This document shows positions 56,783 to 62,927 of a stretch of 62,927 nt of DNA, one piece after another (position 1 is the stretch's first letter; each line of letters begins with the position of its first letter). The DNA is taken from assembly GCA_964352275.1 (NCBI GenBank), contig CAYGRF010000001.1, forward strand, positions 1-62,927, given 5' to 3'. The DNA comes from an uncultured Caulobacterales bacterium (GTDB taxonomy: Bacteria > Pseudomonadota > Alphaproteobacteria > Caulobacterales > Maricaulaceae). The notes beneath the pieces were generated by a model, which was given only the letters and a program-made list of their open reading frames with translations, ran no database searches and was not told where the DNA came from. The position numbers were made by a program, and so were the translations under genes.

Positions 56783-59203
56783 ATGATAAAACAATTGGGA
56801 GTTCTTGTTGTCTTCATATGCCTCATCGCATTTGCAGGCGCGGCGTCGGCGCAGACAGGGCTTGAGGCATTGAAGAACAAACCCGCGATCCCAACACTGG
56901 ATCAACAGGACATAGAGGAAAAGTTCTTCGCCAAGGACAGCAACACATCTTTTGAATATACTGGCGATTGTGAAGAACCGCCGCGCCCGACCGCCACCTG
57001 CACATTAGCAAAGCGGACATTTGGGGCGGTCGCTGTGACGCGGCAAGCCGCGCCATTTCAAGTTCAAATTATCAATACATTCTCGGATGCGCAGCTTAAG
57101 CCCTATCAGGAAGCGGGGCAGCCTTTGTGGGAGCTTCGTCATGTATGTGGAGGCGCGCTCATCGACCGGCATTGGGTGCTAAGCGCAGCGCATTGTTTCC
57201 GCAAGGGCCAACCCTATCTAGTGCGCCTTGATGTCGATAATATCTCCCAAACCAACACTATGACCTATGACGTGGATGAGATTATCCCCCATGAGGCCTA
57301 TAACGCAGAGACACTAGAAAATGACATCGCTCTTATCCGCCTCAAACCCGTGAACAATGGTATGGTTATCGAGCCCTATGACCCGTGGAAAAAGACCAAA
57401 GATAGTAAAAATCAAATTGTCTATGCAGATATAAGCGCGGATGGCCGCCGATTGATAACCATTTCGGACGGCGCCGCGAAATTATGGGACACAGAGACCG
57501 GCAAGCAGCTCTATCATTCGCTGGACATGTTGGAACAAAACCCCGTGATGACCCCTTCCTCGCACCAACTCTTGGGCGTGGACACAGAGGCCGCATGGGT
57601 TGTTGACCTTGAGACGGGGGAAGAGGATGAAATTTATCAGCACAGCACGCCGATAAAAGCAGCAGACTTTAGCCCTGATAATAGCCGCGCTCTGACCATG
57701 GGGCATGACGGCAATATTGTTATATGGGATCGCGCCGCCAAATCATACCGTGCAAGACTCTCGCATGGCCCGGGTCTTTTAACAGCAAAGTTTGCGGCTC
57801 CGGACTATGTGATAACGACCGCCGAAACCGGGGATGCTCGCGCTCACGCTACGCATACGGTCAAACTTTGGTACGCAGGCCACCATTCCAATAGACCGAT
57901 TAGGCAGTTTGACAATGTCCATAAAGAAAACCCCTATTATGTTTTAAGCCATGAGAATACTGTGATGGTAAGACAGCACAATCAATTGGTCATTGCCAAC
58001 TTGGAAACAGGCCAAGACCTACGCAGCATGGACATGCCAAACCCGGATTGGCAAATGACCCCGCCTCATGAAGACGGCACCATAATGACGTGGGATGGCA
58101 GCGGCATCGTCACACATTGGGATATAAAATCCGGGCAGATTAAGCAGCAGTGGAAAGATTGGTTACTTGAATCAATTATTGGCTATGACCCTAAGACAAG
58201 GCACCTTTTAGGATGGCAGGGGGTTCGAACTGTTGAAATCGTTGATAATCGCGGGGCTTATATGTCAACACTTCCGCCGAAAGTGACAGTATGGGACGCC
58301 GATAGCGGCGGAAAAATAAATACCCCTACGCTCACCAACATCAACACACCGAGTGCGAACATTCATTTTATCAATGATGGCAAACACATAGTGATAACTT
58401 CACCGCTTGGCAGGAGCGAGGTGCTGAACGCTGCAAACGGCAAGCGCGTTTTTCAAATCAATCACAGCCTACCGGTTTCCGAAATACGGCCTTCCAAAAG
58501 CGGGAAATACCTCTTAAGCCGCAGTGACTTTGGCTTAGCCGATGTGTGGGTTTCAAAGACAGGGAAAGCCGCCGCCCGGTTTTTTCACGGCGCGTCTGTC
58601 AGCGGCATGAAGCTTTATGATAATGATACGCGTTTATTGACGTGGGGGCTATCCGGCAAAGCGCGGCTTTGGGATATTGAGACCGGTAAGCAATTATCCC
58701 ACTTTGTCCACTTTGGCGGCGAGGACAACGAAACACGCAGCAGCACCGAAACGCCCCGCAACCCCTCGCTTGTGAGTATTGTCAATTTCAGCCAATCCCC
58801 TGCGGATCTGTCCATAGACCAGACCGTCACAACACTGGGCTGGGGCAAAACCAAGCCGGTCAGCCGCGAGTATGAGCCTTCCGCTGTGCTGAGAATGATT
58901 GGTCTCTCGGTTATTGACCACGAAAAGTGTGAAACATTGATGGGCGACTCGGAAGAGATTGGTGACGATGTCTTTTGTGCATACGCAGATGACCGCAAAA
59001 CATGCTATGGCGATAGCGGCGGCCCGGTTATCGGCGGCGAAAAAGTCGTCGGCATCGTTAGCCGCGGCTCCGCCGGCTGCGGCGACGGCATGCCTAGCCT
59101 CTACACAAACGTCGCGAAATATGCAGGCTGGATTAAAAAGACAAGTTGCGCCGAAAATATACAAGGAACGCGGCCGGATTATTGCGAGCATGGTACAGAA
59201 TAA
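56783..59203 (+). CDS. secreted trypsin-fold serine protease with a ~470-aa WD40-like repeat region nested inside the catalytic domain
   Basis: GGAG lies 8 nt before the ATG at 56783. Signal peptide ...AFAGAASAQ. WVLSAAHC (His) and ENDIALIRL (Asp) are in the N-terminal part. TTLGWG and CYGDSGGP (Ser) appear only after ~470 aa of repeats such as AKLWDTETGKQL and ARLWDIETGKQL. Confidence 0.8.
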   Translation: MIKQLGVLVVFICLIAFAGAASAQTGLEALKNKPAIPTLDQQDIEEKFFAKDSNTSFEYTGDCEEPPRPTATCTLAKRTFGAVAVTRQAAPFQVQIINTFSDAQLKPYQEAGQPLWELRHVCGGALIDRHWVLSAAHCFRKGQPYLVRLDVDNISQTNTMTYDVDEIIPHEAYNAETLENDIALIRLKPVNNGMVIEPYDPWKKTKDSKNQIVYADISADGRRLITISDGAAKLWDTETGKQLYHSLDMLEQNPVMTPSSHQLLGVDTEAAWVVDLETGEEDEIYQHSTPIKAADFSPDNSRALTMGHDGNIVIWDRAAKSYRARLSHGPGLLTAKFAAPDYVITTAETGDARAHATHTVKLWYAGHHSNRPIRQFDNVHKENPYYVLSHENTVMVRQHNQLVIANLETGQDLRSMDMPNPDWQMTPPHEDGTIMTWDGSGIVTHWDIKSGQIKQQWKDWLLESIIGYDPKTRHLLGWQGVRTVEIVDNRGAYMSTLPPKVTVWDADSGGKINTPTLTNINTPSANIHFINDGKHIVITSPLGRSEVLNAANGKRVFQINHSLPVSEIRPSKSGKYLLSRSDFGLADVWVSKTGKAAARFFHGASVSGMKLYDNDTRLLTWGLSGKARLWDIETGKQLSHFVHFGGEDNETRSSTETPRNPSLVSIVNFSQSPADLSIDQTVTTLGWGKTKPVSREYEPSAVLRMIGLSVIDHEKCETLMGDSEEIGDDVFCAYADDRKTCYGDSGGPVIGGEKVVGIVSRGSAGCGDGMPSLYTNVAKYAGWIKKTSCAENIQGTRPDYCEHGTE

Positions 59204-59222
59204 CAGCGTCGCCGCCTATCCC

Positions 59223-59981
59223 TTAACCGGGCTTTCCATTACTATGATCAAAACCTAAAATCCGATCCAAAGATCTATGTATATCAGACAATACCGCGAT
59301 TTCGGGTTCATTGACCAATTTGACGAATGAATCCATCCGGTAAAGATTATCTATGAGATCATTTTTGAAGCCCGGATTATTTTTCATGAGCTCAAGATGG
59401 CATTTGTGCCCGCCATATGGCGCAGACCCGAAACGATCATAGGTCAACGTACTATTGAGAATAATGACCTCCGGATATTTCCGGTGCAATTCCAAGGCAT
59501 CATTACTGATGCGTCCATTAAAATCATCCGTTGCGCGGCGCAGTTGCGTTAGCCGCAGAATATCTCTGCGTAATGTATCATCCGATATAACCGACGCGCG
59601 GCCACTTGCGATCAACTCCTCAATGGTTGGAATGGAAACACGTCCCGGGCGATAAATATGCGAAGCGAAAACAGCATCGCATTGATCCCGCGTAAGAGGT
59701 CCGGTTGGGACATCACTGGAAACAATGCCCGCAACTTCAGTCAGGAGCCTAACAGTTTCATTAAGCTCCAAAAGGATAGGAATATTCGCAGCATCCACCG
59801 CTCCCATCTCGTCATGAAGCCGTTGCATATAGAGGAAATTATCAGCGCGGTCTGCCCGAGCAGTATTCCAATTGGCCACTTGGATACCTATGAAAACACC
59901 GAACACAACGATAAGGAAATCAATCCCAACAGCGAACCAGTTCTCTTTCTCAATATGGGCTTTGATGCGGCGGAAGATCAT
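59223..59981 (-). CDS. single-pass membrane protein, DUF6090-like, paralog P3
   Basis: MIFRRIKAHIEKENWFAVGIDFLIVVFGVFIGIQVANWN. Close paralog of P1. ATGA overlap with P4. Confidence 0.75.
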   Translation of the reverse strand: MIFRRIKAHIEKENWFAVGIDFLIVVFGVFIGIQVANWNTARADRADNFLYMQRLHDEMGAVDAANIPILLELNETVRLLTEVAGIVSSDVPTGPLTRDQCDAVFASHIYRPGRVSIPTIEELIASGRASVISDDTLRRDILRLTQLRRATDDFNGRISNDALELHRKYPEVIILNSTLTYDRFGSAPYGGHKCHLELMKNNPGFKNDLIDNLYRMDSFVKLVNEPEIAVLSDIHRSLDRILGFDHSNGKPG

Positions 59982-60754
59982 GGTTTACCTTCTAATTCTG
60001 CATCAATTTCTTTAATGACATTTTGCCCTCTGACACGAAAAGAATCGTAAGCTTTTAAATTGAAAACAATTTGTCCTGTCCAGTATTGGAGTTCTTGTCG
60101 CAACATTGGATTAGACCGCAATGAGGTTAAAATATTTTCGATTTTATCATCACTCAAATTTTGCTCGCAATTCGTGAGAAACACCTCAAGGTCATTTCTC
60201 TCCCCGCCAACAGTCGAATGACAATTTTGCCATAAAGCCTGCGCGGCATCAGGCGGAAAAAGCCCCCTAACTGTTTGTCTGTATTGTGGAAATTCCGACG
60301 TCACAAGGCTGTCGGCACGCTCGTTTTTATCATAAACAATCATCGCATCTTTTAATGTTGGTGAACGCGGCAACCCAAGACGTAGCATCTCGTCAAAGAT
60401 TACGCGTGAACGCGCCTCAGCCGGCACCTGAGAGGCGATAAAAAAATCGACCAAAAGCTCCCAGCATTGACTTTCGCACGGGCCGTCAGCATCAAGAAAC
60501 GAAAGCGCCCGCTTACTGGAAGCAAGGATCTGCTCTCTGAGTTCATATTTATTATTTCCCACACGAATATTTTCCGTCATCTCGGCCCTTAGTTCGGAGA
60601 GATAGCCCGATTCGACTTTCAAAAATTGTCTGGCCTCATTCCAGTTTGCCACTTGCAAACCGATAAAAACACCAAAAACAACGATGATAAAATCAATCCC
60701 AACAGCGAACCAGTTCTCTTTTTCAATATGGGCTTTTATGCGGCGAAAGATAAT
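59978..60754 (-). CDS. single-pass membrane protein, DUF6090-like, paralog P4, probable ATT start
   Basis: The ORF track starts at the internal Met at 60658. The frame stays open upstream and encodes IIFRRIKAHIEKENWFAVGIDFIIVVFGVFIGLQVANWN, beginning with ATT at 60754. AAGGA lies 9 nt upstream and an in-frame TAA is at 60767-60769. Confidence 0.6.
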   Translation of the reverse strand: MIFRRIKAHIEKENWFAVGIDFIIVVFGVFIGLQVANWNEARQFLKVESGYLSELRAEMTENIRVGNNKYELREQILASSKRALSFLDADGPCESQCWELLVDFFIASQVPAEARSRVIFDEMLRLGLPRSPTLKDAMIVYDKNERADSLVTSEFPQYRQTVRGLFPPDAAQALWQNCHSTVGGERNDLEVFLTNCEQNLSDDKIENILTSLRSNPMLRQELQYWTGQIVFNLKAYDSFRVRGQNVIKEIDAELEGKP

Positions 60755-60798
60755 TTCGGTTATTCCTTAGCGGCCATTAAAGTCGGGCTGAGAGGTGT

Positions 60799-61380
60799 TT
60801 ATTTGGATCTGGCTTTACGTCCCAATGTCTCGGCCTTCTTGAGCCAAGGCTCAAAGTCTTTCGGGCCTTTTTTGCGTATGGGCGCGAAATAATTGAGTTT
60901 GACAGGCTTAAATCCCGAAAACCCTAAAACCTGTTTTTTAATCTGATTAAACACCGGCGCGCCGTAGGAGAGCTTGAGAAAAAACTTCGGGGTATCAGAG
61001 GTCACGAAAACCTGCGCGCTGCGCCCGGTCAGCAAGCGGTCCCACATCGGATCATTTTCGTGATATTTAAAGGCGAAACCGGGAAGGAAAACGCGGTCAA
61101 AAAACCCTTTGAGCGATGCGGGTTGTCCGCCCCACCACATGGGAAACCCGAGCAGCAAATGATCGCAATCCTGTATAGACTGTGCTGCCCGCTTAAGATC
61201 AGGCTCCCACTCTTGGCGCTGTTTATAGCCCTCATGCAAGACCGGATCAAAATCCATATCCCGCAAGGCAAACCGCGTGACTTCGGCTCCCGCAGCTTCG
61301 GCAGCCTCCAAATACCGATCCATAAGGGCGGTCACTAAGCGGCTCGTTCCCGGATGTCCGTCAATAGCAGTAATCTTCAT
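60799..61380 (-). CDS. flavodoxin-like fold NAD(P)H dehydrogenase (quinone) family protein
   Basis: 193 aa. MKITAIDGHP..., LLLGFPMWWGGQPASLKGFFDRV is typical of the Flavodoxin_2 / NQO-like family. Confidence 0.8.
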   Translation of the reverse strand: MKITAIDGHPGTSRLVTALMDRYLEAAEAAGAEVTRFALRDMDFDPVLHEGYKQRQEWEPDLKRAAQSIQDCDHLLLGFPMWWGGQPASLKGFFDRVFLPGFAFKYHENDPMWDRLLTGRSAQVFVTSDTPKFFLKLSYGAPVFNQIKKQVLGFSGFKPVKLNYFAPIRKKGPKDFEPWLKKAETLGRKARSK

Positions 61381-61398
61381 AGTACGCCCAAATATAAC

Positions 61399-62538
61399 TT
61401 AAACTGCCTTTTGCGGCGTGATCAGGAATTTCGTTCCGGTTGCCTTGGCGTTATAGCGCGCCACAATGTCCGCGTCCAAAGCCTCAGAGAGTGAAATTTC
61501 ATCAGTATAATGGCTGGCGAATGTGGTTTTCAGCTCTTTGGAGACCCGGGTGCGTAGCCGGGTTCCGACCTCCATGCCCGCTTTGGCGAGGAAATTTGGC
61601 AGCAGCCATCCGCCCACGCCCCACGCCATGCCGTAACCGCGCGTGAGAACCGTTGGTGACACATCAAGACCGCCGTAAAGATAGACTTGTTTGTGCTTAA
61701 CCGAGCCGTAAATGCTGTAAGCGCCCGGCGTGCGCGCGGCGGCCGCTTCCATAGCGCTGAGAATATTAGACGCGAGCTGTCCTCCGCCCGTGGCGTCAAA
61801 GCCAAGCGTTGCGCCGGTCGCATGTATGGCATCCGTCAAATCTGCCATGAAACTGTCTTTGGAACTATCGACAATATATTTCGCGCCAAGACCGCGCAGA
61901 ATTTCAGCCTGTTCTTTCCGGCGTACAATATTGACAAGGTCAACCCCGTCCGCTTGGCAGATTTTATTGAGCATTTGTCCCAGATTTGACGCAGCCGCCG
62001 TATGCACAATCGCGGTGTGATCTTCGAGGCGCATAGTCTCAAGGAATGATAGCGCAGTGAGCGGATTGACAAAACTGGACGCACCGTCTTTGGCCGTATG
62101 ACCGGGCATCAGCGGCATACACATCGCAGCGGGAAGACACCGATATTCAGCATACATGCCCCCGCCCATGACGGCGACAACCTTGCCTATCAGGCTCTGC
62201 GCGTATTCGCTATCGCCTGCGGCAACAACCGTACCTGCGCCCTCATTTCCAACGGGCAGATCTTGGCCGATGCGCGCCTTCATGACGCCCATACCTTGTT
62301 TGGATACAGGCGCCGTTAAAACGCGGTTCGCGCCCTCGCCGCTAGAGTTGGCCCCGTTCATGCTAGCCCAACCAAACATAACGCCGTGATCAGACGGGTT
62401 AATCGGCGTAGCTTCGATGCGCACGACAACCTGATCGGCTTTGGGGGTCGGCATAGGCTTCTCCGCCAATGCCATTGTCAATTCGCCCTTATCTGAAACC
62501 GTGGAAAGCATTTGCAGGTAAGTGGATGGTAACGACAT
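61399..62538 (-). CDS. medium-chain dehydrogenase/reductase (zinc-type alcohol dehydrogenase / quinone oxidoreductase-like)
   Basis: 379 aa. VVVRIEATPINPSD, a GroES-like N-terminus and a Rossmann region HTAAASNLGQML. GGAG Shine-Dalgarno. Confidence 0.8.
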   Translation of the reverse strand: MSLPSTYLQMLSTVSDKGELTMALAEKPMPTPKADQVVVRIEATPINPSDHGVMFGWASMNGANSSGEGANRVLTAPVSKQGMGVMKARIGQDLPVGNEGAGTVVAAGDSEYAQSLIGKVVAVMGGGMYAEYRCLPAAMCMPLMPGHTAKDGASSFVNPLTALSFLETMRLEDHTAIVHTAAASNLGQMLNKICQADGVDLVNIVRRKEQAEILRGLGAKYIVDSSKDSFMADLTDAIHATGATLGFDATGGGQLASNILSAMEAAAARTPGAYSIYGSVKHKQVYLYGGLDVSPTVLTRGYGMAWGVGGWLLPNFLAKAGMEVGTRLRTRVSKELKTTFASHYTDEISLSEALDADIVARYNAKATGTKFLITPQKAV

Positions 62539-62555
62539 GGAAAGCTCCGTAAAAT

Positions 62556-62585
62556 GGGGAATATGAATCTGGGGAATATGAATCT
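62556..62585. repeat. perfect tandem direct repeat 2 x 15 bp (GGGGAATATGAATCT) just upstream of the 61399-62538 gene
   Basis: Read directly: 62556-62570 equals 62571-62585. Confidence 0.7.
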
Positions 62586-62660
62586 ATTGAGCCCGTTCTA
62601 AGGGGTTAGGGCCCCCATGTCTTGCGGAAAATAAAACCGACACAAAAGACCAGGGTAATA

Positions 62661-62800
62661 CCCCCATATTTGGAGCGCCACTTATAAAATAACGCACTGC
62701 TGACACCATGCTCGCAGCATGGCGCAGGCACTGGCGTATGCGCCTTAGCCTACTTTAGTATCGCTATGATTTGGCTGTTACTATATCTGCTTATTCTCAT
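62661..62800 (-). mobile_element. relic of an IS3-family transposase orfA (N-terminal HTH part only, with in-frame TAG)
   Basis: The minus strand reads MRISRYSNSQIIAILK-TAG-AKAHTPVPAPCCEHGVSSALFYKWRSKYGG. This matches the IS3/IS911 OrfA pattern ...FSEEQIIAILKEAEAG.PV.ELCR.HGIS.ATFYKWR.KYGG. Similarity is lost after KYGG. Confidence 0.65.
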
Positions 62801-62927
62801 CGTAAAATCCCCTGCGTGAAGCATATAGAAAATTCTACTTATGATCCCCGCTAAAATATGAAGGAACTACCCACAACAGACTTTCAAATCATAGATAACA
62901 AATCCTTAGATCGTCCACGCTATCTAG

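Noticed and set aside
56774-59203. The protease ORF could be two adjacent genes (trypsin + WD40) merged by a frameshift.
   Set aside because: Trypsin motifs occur on both sides of the repeat region in the same continuous frame, with His and Asp before it and GWG and GDSGGP after it. A simple gene fusion or frameshift cannot produce that. Misassembly remains to be excluded with reads.
62556-62585. Possible CRISPR-like array.
   Set aside because: There are only two contiguous 15-bp units with no spacers, and no cas genes. No CRISPR array is present anywhere in the window.

Overview
This 62.9-kb chromosomal segment most resembles a marine alphaproteobacterium. That guess rests only on gene content and order: cysG-DUF2849-cysI-DUF934/cysH synteny, a GTA-type 3TM holin, DUF2853 and DUF3108. 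Coding density is high and many neighbouring genes overlap by 1 or 4 nt.

Content from left to right:
- a partial tRNA-Pro(GGG), a hybrid histidine kinase, an amidohydrolase lipoprotein, a membrane-fused spermidine-synthase-like protein and yajQ
- a tight minus-strand operon of 2 SDRs, an APH-like kinase and 3 acyl-CoA dehydrogenases, one of ACAD10/11 type
- DUF3667, followed by an orphan holin + M15A endolysin lysis cassette whose endolysin carries an in-frame TGA
- an OmpA/BON protein and a mosaic membrane protein (coiled coil, AKP-rich tract, HhH, DUF2853)
- nitronate monooxygenase, three exported M20/M28 peptidases and a GT10-like glycosyltransferase
- a steroid-ring-type catabolic cluster: ksi, MaoC, thiolase, hsaC, hsaD and hsaA-like genes, an acyl-CoA ligase, then SDR-SnoaL-MFS-crotonase
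- a sulfate assimilation operon: cysG, DUF2849, cysI, a fused DUF934-APS reductase and a PiT-like permease, divergent from an XRE-cupin regulator
- an autotransporter, and housekeeping genes efp, suhB, rpmE, rpmB, argS, ispH and rnhA
- an accessory-looking right end: four DUF6090-like single-pass membrane paralogs in two translationally coupled pairs flank a PL7 lyase and a secreted trypsin-fold protease, followed by two oxidoreductases and an IS3 orfA relic

Strongest leads:
- The protease's catalytic domain is interrupted by a ~470-aa WD40-like propeller.
- The four membrane paralogs have a constant anchor and variable ectodomains.
- The endolysin is interrupted by a stop codon.
- A T(T/A)(T/A)TACGC operator-like word is shared by three promoters of the catabolic operons.
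- A ~95-bp palindromic intergenic repeat is present in two copies.

All functional calls come from motif recognition by eye. No database search was run.
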